A stretch of 64,000 nucleotides of DNA from Rhizomicrobium sp. (GCA_035494695.1 DATJGT010000036.1:9211-73210); one strand, 5' to 3'. Shown: positions 9,575 to 22,463, numbered from the stretch's first letter. The notes: generated by a model from the sequence alone, not told the origin. Numbers and translations are program-made.

Positions 9575-10654
9575 TTACGCTTGCATGAACGCGCGAAGCG
9601 CCGCAACTGCTGCGCGATTGGCTTCCTCGAGCCCGACTGTCATTCGCAGGCAATGCGGCAGGCCATAGGCAGTGGTCGGACGCAGAATTATTCCGCGTTC
9701 AATCAGGAATCGATCCGCTGCCTTGGCAGTTTCCGCATTGGGAAATTGGATCAGTACAAAATTCCCGGCACTCTCGTCGACACGCAAACCGAGAGCCGTT
9801 ATTTCCCGGGCCAGCCACCTTCGCCAGGTGTCGGTGTGCGCGACGGCCCTCCTTAGGTGGGCCTGATCGCGCAGAGCCGCGGTGGCCGCGTGCTGCGCCG
9901 TCACTGAGACATTGAACGGCCCGCGCACGCGATTGAGCACGTCGGCAACAGCGGGCGGGCAAAACGCCCATCCCACCCTCAAGCCAGCAAGCCCATACGC
10001 TTTCGAGAAGGTCCGCGTCATCACGACATTATCGAATTTCTTGACCAGTTCAGCGCCGGATTCGTAATCCGTGCTGTGCAAATATTCGGCGTAGGCCGAA
10101 TCGATCACCAGCAGCACGTCCGGGGGAATCCCCGCATGCAAATGGCGCAGCGCTTCGCCAGAAATATAGGTTCCGGTCGGATTGTTCGGATTGGCAATAA
10201 ACACGACGCGCGTGCGCGGTGTCAGTGTCGCAAGCATTCGCTCCAAGTCAACGCGCAAGTCCGGCTCAGGCGCCGCAACGGCCGACGCACTGTTGGCGAG
10301 CGCAATCGTGCGATAAACCAGAAAAGCATGCGCGCTGAAGAGTACTTCGTCGCCAGGACGGAGATACGCGTGGCCGATCAGCCCCAACAGTTCATCGGAG
10401 CCATTTCCGCATACGATGCGCGGGGCATCGAGGCTATGAATTTCGCCGATCGCCTGCCGCAAGACTTCCGCGCTTCCGTCTGGATAAAGATCCAATGCTG
10501 CGGCGGCCGCCCGATGGGCTTCCATCGCGGCCGCGCTGGGCCCAATTGCAGATTCGTTGGAGGCGAGTTGATACGCGCGCGCCGGCGCACCTGCGCGCGC
10601 GCCGATATAGGCTGCAATCTCGAGCACGCCGGGTTTTGGCGCAGGGCTTTTCAT
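9575..10654 (-). CDS. hisC: Histidinol-phosphate aminotransferase
   Basis: LASNE, GNGSDE, ANPNNPTG, RTFSKAYGLAGLRVG. Confidence 0.95.
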   Translation of the reverse strand: MKSPAPKPGVLEIAAYIGARAGAPARAYQLASNESAIGPSAAAMEAHRAAAAALDLYPDGSAEVLRQAIGEIHSLDAPRIVCGNGSDELLGLIGHAYLRPGDEVLFSAHAFLVYRTIALANSASAVAAPEPDLRVDLERMLATLTPRTRVVFIANPNNPTGTYISGEALRHLHAGIPPDVLLVIDSAYAEYLHSTDYESGAELVKKFDNVVMTRTFSKAYGLAGLRVGWAFCPPAVADVLNRVRGPFNVSVTAQHAATAALRDQAHLRRAVAHTDTWRRWLAREITALGLRVDESAGNFVLIQFPNAETAKAADRFLIERGIILRPTTAYGLPHCLRMTVGLEEANRAAVAALRAFMQA

Positions 10655-10773
10655 TGCTCCTCGCAGGCGAAGATCGGGCCATTGTTAGGCGGCGATAGAC
10701 CAGGAAGCAAAGCCGGCAAGGTTGACACGCTGCTCTGCCGCCCTTAACCGCCGCAAGAACAGCGATTCCCGAG

Positions 10774-11940
10774 ATGCCCGAAGCGATCGAACCAAGTTTT
10801 CCCCGCCCACTGCTCGCGCCTCATGTGGAGCGTGGGCAGGCGATGCGCTTTGACGAGCCGCTGTCACTCGACTGTGGGCGCAGCATTGCCCCATTCACCA
10901 TTGCCTACACGACGTACGGCACTCTGAATGTCGCGCGCTCCAACGCCATTCTCATCTGTCATGCGTTGAGCGGCGACCAGTTTGCCACAGACACGCATCC
11001 GGTGACGGGAAGGGCAGGGTGGTGGACCACGATGGTGGGACCAAGCAAGCCGATTGACACGGACCGGTACTTCGTCATTTGCCCCAACGTCATCGCGGGC
11101 TGCATGGGCTCCTCCGGTCCCGCGGAAATCAATCCCGCCACCGGCGAGCCCTTCGCCCTCGATTTTCCGATCGTGACGATTCACGACATGGTGCGCGCGC
11201 AGGCGCGACTTCTCGATGCGCTGGGTATCGAAAAGTTGCTGTCCATCACCGGCGGCTCGATGGGCGGCATGCAAGTTCTTCAGTGGGTCGCGAGTTATCC
11301 CGAACGCGTGATCTCCGCAATTCCGATTGCGACTTCGGCACGGCACACGGCGCAGAACATTGCACTGCATGAAATCGGCCGCCAGGCAATCATGGCCGAT
11401 CCAAACTGGCGGGGCGGCAACTACCAGATCGAAGGCGTACAGCCGTCAAAGGGATTGGCGGTAGCCCGCATGGTAGGACATGTGAGTTATCTCTCCGAGG
11501 CCGCACTCGAGCAGAAATTCGGGCGGGGGCTGCAGGGCCGGCACGCCTTCTCGTACGGATTCGGTCCCGACTTTCAGGTCGAGAGCTACCTGCACCATCA
11601 AGGCAGCACCTTCGTCGAACGTTTCGACGCCAATTCCTATCTCTACATCACCCGCGCGATGGATTACTTCGATCTCGCGGCTGACTATGGAGGCGATCTC
11701 GCAAAGGCTTTCGCCGGCGCAAGTACGCAATTCAAGATCGTGTCATTCACGAGCGACTGGCTGTTCCCAACCGCCGAGAACAAACGCATTTCCGACGCGC
11801 TGACCTTATCTGGAGTTCCCGTCGAATTTCAGGAGATCGAGAGTCAGCGTGGCCATGATGCTTTCCTCCTCGAGGAACCTGAGCTATTTGCAGCAACGCG
11901 AACCTTCCTCGGTCGCGTCTCAGAGCAGCTGGACGCGTGA
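10774..11940 (+). CDS. metX: Homoserine O-acyltransferase
   Basis: CHALSGD, GGSMGG nucleophile motif, FDANSY, GHDAFL. Confidence 0.93.
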   Translation: MPEAIEPSFPRPLLAPHVERGQAMRFDEPLSLDCGRSIAPFTIAYTTYGTLNVARSNAILICHALSGDQFATDTHPVTGRAGWWTTMVGPSKPIDTDRYFVICPNVIAGCMGSSGPAEINPATGEPFALDFPIVTIHDMVRAQARLLDALGIEKLLSITGGSMGGMQVLQWVASYPERVISAIPIATSARHTAQNIALHEIGRQAIMADPNWRGGNYQIEGVQPSKGLAVARMVGHVSYLSEAALEQKFGRGLQGRHAFSYGFGPDFQVESYLHHQGSTFVERFDANSYLYITRAMDYFDLAADYGGDLAKAFAGASTQFKIVSFTSDWLFPTAENKRISDALTLSGVPVEFQEIESQRGHDAFLLEEPELFAATRTFLGRVSEQLDA

Positions 11941-11946
11941 CGGCGA

Positions 11947-11979
11947 GCGAAAGGACCGCGAGGGTCGCGGTCCCTTCGC
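11947..11979. terminator. Strong hairpin between convergent genes, probable bidirectional terminator
   Basis: GCGAAAGGACCGCGA-ggg-TCGCGGTCCCTTCGC. Confidence 0.7.
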
Positions 11980-11993
11980 CGCAGACCGATTCT

Positions 11994-12266
11994 TCAGGTT
12001 TTGTGACCAAGTAGTTTCAGCGCCTGATTGAGGTGATCTTCGCCGAGCTTGTAGAAGCCGCGGGTGCAATAAGCGCGGCCGGAGTCTCGCTCCTTAACGG
12101 CCTGCTGCTGATTTGCGGATTGCTGGCTTGTTTCGAGCGCCGTTCGCACTTGCGAATCCAGATCGCGACAGGTGATCTGCGTTGCTTCGGCTGCAGATGC
12201 TGCGGACGCGCTTAGGAGCAGGCCGAGGCAGATCGCTGCGGCAGGCATAAATTTCGAGTAATGCAT
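11994..12266 (-). CDS. Small secreted hypothetical protein (2 Cys in mature part)
   Basis: GGAGGAG RBS, signal peptide ending ASA-A, 90 aa. Confidence 0.8.
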   Translation of the reverse strand: MHYSKFMPAAAICLGLLLSASAASAAEATQITCRDLDSQVRTALETSQQSANQQQAVKERDSGRAYCTRGFYKLGEDHLNQALKLLGHKT

Positions 12267-12482
12267 GAGCTCCTCCAGGAGTTGACGCCGGTACAGTCCG
12301 GCGCTTCGGACATAGGAGAGGGACGCGGATCGTCAAAGGCGCGCACAGCTGCCATGCGCAACTGAGATATCGGCGTGATAGCGCCGGTCGAGGTCCTCAT
12401 AAGCGTCGGCCTGCACAACGGGCTATGAGGACTGCCTTGCCCGTTACGCATAACGCGACTGATGCAGCCGCATTGCGTCCAA

Positions 12483-13193
12483 TCAGGCGGGCGCGGGCGT
12501 GAGGAACCGTTTCGGTTTTTTCAAGGCGCGGACGGGAGCGATGGCGTACATTGATTTCGTTGCCTCCACGAGATGAACGCCGGCCAATCGCGGCCAAAGG
12601 ATCTGAGCCGTCTTCTCCCAGGCGGCTCCCGTCCGAACCAGTCGCCGCGACTTGATCGGCGGCATCAAGAGCGCCGTATCCCATCGTTCCGGCAGGAACA
12701 TGGATTCCCGCAGCACACGATCGAGCTGGGCACGCGTGAACGGGCGGCCATGAGAAAACGGGGAGCGATCTACCTGCGCCCACAAGCTTGCCCGGTTCGG
12801 CGCCACGACCAGAAGGCGGCCGGCAGGCGCAAGCGAGCGCCACACTTGCCGCATCAGCGAGCGAACGCTTTCGGCGCCTTCGATGCCATGGACCATCAAT
12901 ACCCGGTCAAACATGGCATCCGGGAACGGAAATCCCTCTTCGTCCGCGATGAGCGAGAGCGAGCAACCGTCCGGCCAGCAAAATGCGCCCTGTTGCTCCG
13001 GCATAAGGGCGATGACACGTTCGGCTTCCAGGGCGAACGCCCTGAGATACGGCACAGCAAAGCCATAGCCGAGCACGCGCTGGCCGCTGAGGTCGGGCCA
13101 TAACAGCCGCAGCCGCCGCTGGATCAGCCGCCGTGTCACCAGGCCCATCGGCGAGTCGTAGAAGGCCGCCAGATTTTCCGAATCGGACAGCAT
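12483..13193 (-). CDS. Class I SAM-dependent methyltransferase (Methyltransf_11-like)
   Basis: VLGYGFAVPYL, FPFPDAMFDRVLMVH, LAPAGRL; conserved divergent partner of gloB. Confidence 0.85.
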   Translation of the reverse strand: MLSDSENLAAFYDSPMGLVTRRLIQRRLRLLWPDLSGQRVLGYGFAVPYLRAFALEAERVIALMPEQQGAFCWPDGCSLSLIADEEGFPFPDAMFDRVLMVHGIEGAESVRSLMRQVWRSLAPAGRLLVVAPNRASLWAQVDRSPFSHGRPFTRAQLDRVLRESMFLPERWDTALLMPPIKSRRLVRTGAAWEKTAQILWPRLAGVHLVEATKSMYAIAPVRALKKPKRFLTPAPA

Positions 13194-13268
13194 GGCTCCT
13201 GCGTAGTCCTGAGTCTTACGGGCTTCAATACCACGGCTGGGTTGCTACACTCCGTTCGGAGGTTCCCC

Positions 13269-14036
13269 ATGCCGCTCCAAGTCGAACTGGTCCCCTGTCT
13301 GGCCGATAACTACGCCTATTTAGTTTACGATCCGGAAGCGTCGATTTGTGCCGCGGTGGACCCGTCCGAAGCCGCGCCGGTGAGAACTGCACTGGTCGCG
13401 CACGGGCTGAAACTCACGCACATCCTGAACACCCATCACCACTGGGATCACACCGGCGGCAATCTTCCCCTCAAACAGGAATTCGGCGCGACCATTATCG
13501 GTCCAGCCAAGGACCGCGACCGGATTCCAGGGATCGACGTCGGCGTCGACGAATCCGCCCCGTGGCAGTTTGGCGGACATACGGCGCGCATTCTGGAAAT
13601 TCCGGCTCACACCCGGGCGCATATCGCGTTTGCGTTCGAGGATGAGCAGATCGTCTTCACGGGCGACACGCTGTTCGCCATGGGCTGCGGGCGTCTCTTC
13701 GAGGGCACACCGCGAATGATGTGGACGAGCCTTTCCAAATTGATGCGCCTTGCCGACGATACTAAAGTCTATTGCGGACATGAATACACGCTTAACAATG
13801 GGCGTTTTGCCTTGACGCTCGAGCCGGAGAACGCGGACCTCCAGATGCGGATGCGTGAAGTCGAAACGTGCCGGGCAAACTCTCAGCCGACCATTCCGTC
13901 CACGATTGGCATGGAGAAAAAGACAAATCCCTTTTTGCGCTCGGACTCGCCGGAGATTCGAAAAACCCTCGGCATGCAAAACGCAGATGATGTCTCGGTG
14001 TTTGCGGAGGTTCGGCGGCGGAAGGACGTGTTCTAA
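13269..14036 (+). CDS. gloB: Hydroxyacylglutathione hydrolase (glyoxalase II)
   Basis: DNYAY, THHHWDHTGG, GDTLF, CGHEYT, EKKTNPFLR. Confidence 0.96.
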   Translation: MPLQVELVPCLADNYAYLVYDPEASICAAVDPSEAAPVRTALVAHGLKLTHILNTHHHWDHTGGNLPLKQEFGATIIGPAKDRDRIPGIDVGVDESAPWQFGGHTARILEIPAHTRAHIAFAFEDEQIVFTGDTLFAMGCGRLFEGTPRMMWTSLSKLMRLADDTKVYCGHEYTLNNGRFALTLEPENADLQMRMREVETCRANSQPTIPSTIGMEKKTNPFLRSDSPEIRKTLGMQNADDVSVFAEVRRRKDVF

Positions 14037-14248
14037 CGGTCGCCGGACTTCTTCTCGTCCGAGCTGCCGACGGCGGCATCGGCGGCGGCGCCTGCTACGT
14101 GTGCCGTGACGCTTACCGCAGTGCCCGCGACGCTCACCCCGGCACTGGCCGCGCTCACGCCGGCCCCTACAACCGCAGTTCCCGCATCGATAGCGGCGCA
14201 GCCGGACAAAACCGCTGCAACAAGACCCAATGCCAGAATGCGCGGCAT
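14033..14248 (-). CDS. Small lipoprotein
   Basis: AGGAG RBS; lipobox LSGC; Gly/Ala/Val-rich repeats. Confidence 0.75.
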   Translation of the reverse strand: MPRILALGLVAAVLSGCAAIDAGTAVVGAGVSAASAGVSVAGTAVSVTAHVAGAAADAAVGSSDEKKSGDR

Positions 14249-14404
14249 ATGACAGCTCCTTCGTTTCATCGCGAAACGATAGCACAGCAGGTTGACGATT
14301 GCATGGGGCCGCTGCGGAGGTCCGGGTGGCTGGGTGACCGCTACAGAAAAAAGCCGGGGCGCCTGGAAGCGCTAAGCTGGCCGCAAGATATTCTCAGACG
14401 GCGG

Positions 14405-14569
14405 TTAATGAAGGATCCTAAAATCGCGGTCATCTTCCTGGTCTTCGTCTTCTGCCATCTGCTCGAGATTTGCCGCGATCAGGAGGAGGCGGCACCGCTC
14501 ATCGCCCGATTTTTCCTCGGCGACTTCGCGGTACAGGAGCGCAAGCTGCCGGCATTCTTCTGGTCCCAT
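14405..14569 (-). CDS. Small hypothetical protein
   Basis: MGPEECRQLALLYREVAEE...LEQMAE, helical with acidic tail; GAGAG upstream. Confidence 0.5.
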   Translation of the reverse strand: MGPEECRQLALLYREVAEEKSGDERCRLLLIAANLEQMAEDEDQEDDRDFRILH

Positions 14570-14666
14570 GATGTTATGCTCTCTAGGCGGCACGGGCATT
14601 CTCTGCCCGGCGACAACGACTGTCATTGCGCTGAATCAATCCGAAGTTCCCGTCACGTAACGCCCG

Positions 14667-15308
14667 TCAGGCGGTGAATTCCATGGCAATGGCGGAGAAG
14701 TGCATGATGGCCGCAATCAGCACAAACGCATGCCAGATCGCCTTGTGGAACGGGATTCGCTCGGCGAGGTAAAAGATAACGCCCGCGGAATACACAAGGC
14801 CGCCGGCGATCAGAAGCCAGAAATCGACATGGGCGACGGACGCTGCGAGCGGTTTGAGAATCGTAATCGCCATCCATCCCATGCCAAGGTACAGGCCGAT
14901 GCTTACGGCCTCGAACTTTCGTGGAAAGAGGACTTTTAGCGCAATGCCGATTGTCGCGCACAGCCAGATGGCGCTCAGGATGAGATCACTTTCCGGATGC
15001 GCGAGCCGATTGGCGGCAAAGGGCGTGTAAGTCGCCGCGATCATGATGAAGATGGCGGAGTGATCAAGGCGCCTGAGTACCTGCTTCGACGGCCGGTGGT
15101 GCGGCATGAGATTGTAGGCGGCCGATGCCAGAATCATCGTCATCAGCCCCGCGCAATAGATCGAAACGCTGACCACCACTGGCAATCCGGTCACGTGCCA
15201 AAGTAACCACAGGCTTGCATTGATCGCGAAGAGGATGCCCGCCACGTGAATCCCCAGATCCACAAGGTGCTCATTCCTCGAATAGAGGCGCTGAACCGCA
15301 GCCCGCAT
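14667..15308 (-). CDS. Hemolysin III/PAQR family membrane protein (TrhA-like)
   Basis: SAAYN, RRLDHSAIFIMIAATYTP, YLGMGW, HKAIWHAFV. Confidence 0.93.
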   Translation of the reverse strand: MRAAVQRLYSRNEHLVDLGIHVAGILFAINASLWLLWHVTGLPVVVSVSIYCAGLMTMILASAAYNLMPHHRPSKQVLRRLDHSAIFIMIAATYTPFAANRLAHPESDLILSAIWLCATIGIALKVLFPRKFEAVSIGLYLGMGWMAITILKPLAASVAHVDFWLLIAGGLVYSAGVIFYLAERIPFHKAIWHAFVLIAAIMHFSAIAMEFTA

Positions 15309-15572
15309 GATTACCGTTCCCCTACCGCGCGATAGTACAGCGCAGTCGTACCTTCACGACAGAGAGAAAATGCAGGGCACGGAATTTGGTTCGCGATGAC
15401 GATGGCCTGCTAAACGACACTGAAACCGCGAAACCGATTGCCGATGCCATCCTTCAACTCGCCAGATGGGCGGGCGTGGTTGTTCCTCGGCTCCTGTCGC
15501 GCATTCTCTCTGCGGGAATAGCTGAAGCGATCCCCGGCTCGGAGGGCCGCCGCCCCCTGCGAGGATTCGGAC

Positions 15573-15797
15573 CTACGGCTGGTATTTGAAAGACAAAGAC
15601 ACCCGCGCGCGATAGGCAACCACTTTGCCGCCCTCCACCTTCATGTCGAATTGGGACACCTCGGCGATCCGCAGATCACGTAGGGATTTGGCCGCGGTTT
15701 CAACCGCATTCTTTGCCGCCTCTTCCCAGGAATTGCGGCTGGTGCCGATGATCTCCGTGACGCGATAGACGCCATTTTCGGACTTTGACCTGGCCAT
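15573..15797 (-). CDS. Dodecin family flavin-binding protein
   Basis: YRVTEIIGTS.SWEEAAKNAV...LRDLRIAEV...YRARVSLSFK. Confidence 0.92.
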   Translation of the reverse strand: MARSKSENGVYRVTEIIGTSRNSWEEAAKNAVETAAKSLRDLRIAEVSQFDMKVEGGKVVAYRARVSLSFKYQP

Positions 15798-15966
15798 CGA
15801 ATTTCCCTTTCTTAGCCACCGCGGATCGCCGGACATCCGGCCGCGAAGCGATCATACGCTTGCGGATGGCGGAAGTGTATGATGATCCGCTGATTCGAAA
15901 TGGCGCGTTTCGAGAGAAAGCGATGCGGGCAATTCTCTCGAGATCTGGCCGGGGATGTGAGGGCAT

Positions 15967-16563
15967 ATGCGTTGGCACGTTAACGTAATTGCGTTCGCTT
16001 CGGTGGTGTCTTGTGCGACCGCTGCCGGCGCCGATGAGATTGCGCAAATCGAGACCTCGCTGGGAACAATCACCGTAACGCTCGATCGAGCACATGCACC
16101 CAAAACAGTTGCCAATTTCGTCAACTATGCGCGCGAAGGACATTTCGACGGCACGATGATCTATCGCGTCGAGCCGGGATTCGTCATTCAGATGGGCAGT
16201 TACGAAGCGAGCGGCATTTCGCGCCCGGTCCACGGGCCCATACCGCTCGAAAGCGGAAATGGATTGAACAATACCCGCGGCAGCGTCGCCATGGCGCGGG
16301 CAGAGGACGCCGCAAGCGCAACGGCGGAGTTTTTCATTGATCTCGCAAACAACGCCAACCTGGATCCCGCTCCGGGGGCTGCGCCCAACACGACGGGCTA
16401 CGCAGTGTTCGGCAGAGTGACTTCTGGAATGGATGTGGCGGACAAGATCGCGGCCACGCCGCGCGGCGGCAAGGGGCCGTTCCCGCCCGAATCCACGCCG
16501 GCGAGCCCGATCGAAATTCGGAAGGTAACGATCAGTGAGTCGGGATCAGCGTCTGGTCACTAG
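15967..16563 (+). CDS. ppiA: Periplasmic cyclophilin-type peptidyl-prolyl isomerase
   Basis: Signal peptide; APKTVANF, RVEPGFVIQ, GSVAMAR, GYAVFGRV. Confidence 0.88.
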   Translation: MRWHVNVIAFASVVSCATAAGADEIAQIETSLGTITVTLDRAHAPKTVANFVNYAREGHFDGTMIYRVEPGFVIQMGSYEASGISRPVHGPIPLESGNGLNNTRGSVAMARAEDAASATAEFFIDLANNANLDPAPGAAPNTTGYAVFGRVTSGMDVADKIAATPRGGKGPFPPESTPASPIEIRKVTISESGSASGH

Positions 16564-16649
16564 CCGCACCGGTGGCGGATTTCACCGTCAAGGAATATGG
16601 CAGGGCGCGCACGCACCCTGCCACAGAAGTCGCAACAAAAATCGCTGCG

Positions 16650-17825
16650 TCAGTTCCCGAACGCAGCCGTGCCTTTCGGGGTACCGAGCCCCGTCGGACC
16701 GTCATAGCCGGCTTCGCCTGTGCAGAAATACTGCGCGTGTTTACGGCACGTGCCGTTGTTGCCAGTCGTAACATCGAATAAGGCCGATGAATTGGCGTAG
16801 ATCGTACTAGCAGCGTCAACCGCCCCGCCATTGGCGCCGAAGATACCTCCCACCAGCGGTGCTGAGACGCTGGTACCGCCAACTACGTGCCAGGCTCCGG
16901 CAAAGTACACGGCGACACCCGTGTTCGGGTCCGCGACCGCGGACACGTCACTGATCATGCGATTCTTGCAGCGTTTGTCCGTCTGCCAAGCGGGCTTCTG
17001 GAACACGTGGCTGCAGCCGCTTCCAGCGCCGCCCCAAACCGTTTCGGCCCAGCCCCGCTTGCTACCGTCGGCGACAAGACGTGTCCCGCCCACCGCGATG
17101 ACATTGGGCATGTCGGCCGGAGCCTGCTGGCCATACCCGGAATCCCCTGTGCTCGCCGTAACGGCAACGCCAGGATGATCGTAGAATGGTTCGTATTGGG
17201 CGACCCGGTTCGATTCCGTGCCGCCATAGCTGTTGCTGATCACGTGCGCGCCAAGCGCGGCAGCCGTATCGACCGCCTCCCCGAGGTGGCCAAAGGAATT
17301 GGTCTTTGCTTCGATGAGATACAACGTGCAGTTGGGGCACATGGCACTGGCCATATCAAGATCAAGCGCCGATTCGAGAGCCCAACCGTTATTCTGCGGC
17401 GGATAATGTTTCTCGTGGCCTTTCCAGTTCAGCTTCTTGAAGCAGCCATTCTTTGTCGTGCACTCCGGCAACCCCCATTGCGCGCGGTAAACGCCAAGCT
17501 CGGCTTCCGCATTGTCGTAGCCGAACGCATCGACGATGGCGACGATGGTCGACGGGCTGCCGTTTGCGGTAATCTTATAGGCGTCTCGCAGATCGGCCGG
17601 CGATTTGCCGCCGATCGGCGGGTGCGCATAAGAGAGCATATTGCCCGCCACATCGGTCACCACGTGCGAGTGGCACTGCGCCGCCAATCCCACGGCCGGT
17701 GCGCAGACCGCTCGGTAAAAAGTGTTTCCGGACCGTTGTACCGGGCCAGAAAGCGCGTGTGCGCCAGGCGAGAAACCGAACGTAACCAGTGCGGCGAGCA
17801 TTCCGCCGGATAGGACTCGATACAT
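16650..17825 (-). CDS. Secreted S53 (sedolisin-like) serine peptidase, copy A
   Basis: RBS GGGAGGGG; signal peptide; ESALDLD (Glu/Asp), STGDSG, GGTS nucleophile, GYDGPTGLGTP. Confidence 0.9.
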   Translation of the reverse strand: MYRVLSGGMLAALVTFGFSPGAHALSGPVQRSGNTFYRAVCAPAVGLAAQCHSHVVTDVAGNMLSYAHPPIGGKSPADLRDAYKITANGSPSTIVAIVDAFGYDNAEAELGVYRAQWGLPECTTKNGCFKKLNWKGHEKHYPPQNNGWALESALDLDMASAMCPNCTLYLIEAKTNSFGHLGEAVDTAAALGAHVISNSYGGTESNRVAQYEPFYDHPGVAVTASTGDSGYGQQAPADMPNVIAVGGTRLVADGSKRGWAETVWGGAGSGCSHVFQKPAWQTDKRCKNRMISDVSAVADPNTGVAVYFAGAWHVVGGTSVSAPLVGGIFGANGGAVDAASTIYANSSALFDVTTGNNGTCRKHAQYFCTGEAGYDGPTGLGTPKGTAAFGN

Positions 17826-17951
17826 GAAACCCCTCCCTTGGACGTTTTTGTGGATGTAGATTGAGACGCGCCTTTTAGGCATTATTCAAACACCTTATCG
17901 GCGAAAATCAATCCGCTGTGCAGGGGAATAGGGCCTGAAACTGTAAGATTT

Positions 17952-17980
17952 GGGGCAGGACGCGGATGGCGCCCTGCCCC
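17952..17980. terminator. GC hairpin between the two S53 genes
   Basis: GGGGCAGG-aCGC-ggatg-GCGc-CCTGCCCC; no clear U-tract. Confidence 0.45.
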
Positions 17981-18005
17981 GGTAAAGTAAGGTCGTCAGC
18001 TCGGC

Positions 18006-19181
18006 TTAGAAAGCGCCGACGCCGTTTGGTGTGCCGAGGCCGGTCGGTCCATCATAGCCTGGGCCGGCGGTGCAGAGATACGAACCGCCGCAACTGCCGT
18101 TATTGCCCGAGGTGACATCGAACAGCGCGCTGACGTTGCCATAGGGATTGCTGCCGTAATTCACAGCGCCACCATTGACCCCATAAATGCCGGCAATCAG
18201 GGGTGCGGCGACGCTGGTGCCACCGAACACCAACCAACCGGACCGCCGGGAGGTCACAGGACCGTACACCGCGACACCGGTATTCGGATCGGCGACTGCC
18301 GAAACGTCGGCTACTGTACGCCGGGAACATCCGGAATCGGTCTGCCAAACGGGCTTTGAATAAACGCTACTGCAACCGCTGCCGGCCCCGGACCACGCCG
18401 TTTCCGCCCAGCCGCGGCCATTCCCGGCCGTTACAAGATGCGTGCCTCCGACCGCGGTGACGTGGGGAGATGAAGCCGGGAACTCCACGCCATATCCATT
18501 ATCGCCCGAGCTGACGGTAATCGCGATGCCCGGGTGATTGTATGACGGTTCATAAGTCTGCGAGCCGGATTCGCCACCCCCATAAGAGTTGCTGATGGCA
18601 TGCGCGCCAACAGACGCCGCGGTATTCTCTGCCGTGGCGAGGTTGCCGTAAGTCGCCGAGTTCGCCTCGATCAGGTAGATCGTACAGTTCGGGCACATGG
18701 CGCTCGCCATGTCGAGATCAAGCGCGCTTTCCTGGGCCCAGCCGGTGTTCTGCGCGGGATAATTGCCCTGCTGACCGTTCTGGTTGAGCTTTTTGAAGCA
18801 GCCATTGGCTGTGGTGCAGGCCGGCAGACCGAATTGCGAGCGATACACGCCGAGATCCGATTCGGCCTTGTTGTAACCGTAGGCATCCACGATCGCGATG
18901 ATGGTCGACGAGTTGCCGCTGCCGGTCACCTTATAGGCGTCGCGCAGGCTGCTCGGGCCATAGCCGCTGACCGGCGGCTGCGCATAGGCGAGTGTCCGAC
19001 CGGCACTATCGGTCACCACATGGGCGTGGCAGCGCGCCACATGCCCGACCGTGAAGCCGCAAACGGCGCGATGGAAAGTGTTGCCGGACCGCTGGACCGG
19101 CATGGGTTGGGCGCTTGGGCCCGAGGCAAAACCGACAACGATAAAGGCCGAAAACAGCCCCCCAGATATAGCACTTCGCAT
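18006..19181 (-). CDS. Secreted S53 (sedolisin-like) serine peptidase, copy B
   Basis: RBS AAGGAGG; ESALDLD, SSGDNG, GGTS, GYDGPTGLGTP; paralog of copy A. Confidence 0.9.
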   Translation of the reverse strand: MRSAISGGLFSAFIVVGFASGPSAQPMPVQRSGNTFHRAVCGFTVGHVARCHAHVVTDSAGRTLAYAQPPVSGYGPSSLRDAYKVTGSGNSSTIIAIVDAYGYNKAESDLGVYRSQFGLPACTTANGCFKKLNQNGQQGNYPAQNTGWAQESALDLDMASAMCPNCTIYLIEANSATYGNLATAENTAASVGAHAISNSYGGGESGSQTYEPSYNHPGIAITVSSGDNGYGVEFPASSPHVTAVGGTHLVTAGNGRGWAETAWSGAGSGCSSVYSKPVWQTDSGCSRRTVADVSAVADPNTGVAVYGPVTSRRSGWLVFGGTSVAAPLIAGIYGVNGGAVNYGSNPYGNVSALFDVTSGNNGSCGGSYLCTAGPGYDGPTGLGTPNGVGAF

Positions 19182-19471
19182 AAGTCCCTCCTTTGCGGAC
19201 AATGCTTGTCGCACGCACTTGCACAGATGTGAGGAATTTCGAAAACCCGCTCCTCGCCCGCTGTTCTAGCAGAGAATTTCTCTGCCTCACAGCGCAAGAG
19301 CCATATTGATTTATGATGGACTAATCGGAAGCAGCAATGTTTCTTGAACTGCACGCTCTACGCACTCCGACGGCCAAGGGATGTTCGGCATGAGTACATT
19401 GGAGCGCTGCCCGTATCTGGCTCCGCACCGCGGGCTATCGGCATTGAGTGTGCAACAACATCGACCGCGGT

Positions 19472-19858
19472 TTACTTGCGGCCGGTACGTGCTTTTCGCG
19501 CCGCGTATCGTGCATCGCGCGCGGCTTTCTGATCGGCGAGAATCTGGGCGAGCTTCGCCCGGTCTTCTCTCGCCTTGCGGTCGCGCGCCTCGGCCGCTTC
19601 CTTCTCGGCGAGAAGCCGCGCTTCTTCCTCCGCCGCGCGCTGCGCCCGCAGCCGCTCGGCCGCTTCGCGTTTTGCTGCTTCGCGTGCGGCGATGCGCGCT
19701 TCCCGTGCGGCGACGAGGGCTTGCCGCGCCTGTTTGCGTTCGGCCGCGTCCTTCTCACTGGCGCGAAGCCTGGCGCGCGCGCGTTCGAGCTGCGCAGCCT
19801 TTGCCTTTGCGCCGGCGTTCAGCCTGTCGGCAAAACCTGAGTCCCTCAGAGATTTCAT
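19472..19858 (-). CDS. Charged coiled-coil protein (DUF6481-like)
   Basis: FADRL...AKAAQLE N-terminus and KAARDARYAARKAR C-terminus. Confidence 0.75.
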   Translation of the reverse strand: MKSLRDSGFADRLNAGAKAKAAQLERARARLRASEKDAAERKQARQALVAAREARIAAREAAKREAAERLRAQRAAEEEARLLAEKEAAEARDRKAREDRAKLAQILADQKAARDARYAARKARTGRK

Positions 19859-19950
19859 AGGTCGTCCTTTGAAAAACAGTAGCCGCGGGTTTTCAACCCA
19901 AGTCGAAATCCTGCGATCTCACCTGCAGAAACGGAGGCCAAGTTGGAGCG

Positions 19951-22395
<2,445 letters not shown>

Positions 22396-22463
22396 AGAAG
22401 TCCTGCATCGCGTTGTGCCTCTACCCTGTGCGGGGAGAAGCATGTTCTTCGGTCTATCCCGAT

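Noticed and set aside
10655-10773. SAM riboswitch upstream of metX
   Set aside because: No SAM-alpha/SAM-II signature (GTGATTT...GCTAAA) visible in the short intergenic region
15386-15589. Possible small ORF or sRNA between the PAQR gene and dodecin
   Set aside because: TTG start, no recognisable homology, overlaps the dodecin end; evidence insufficient
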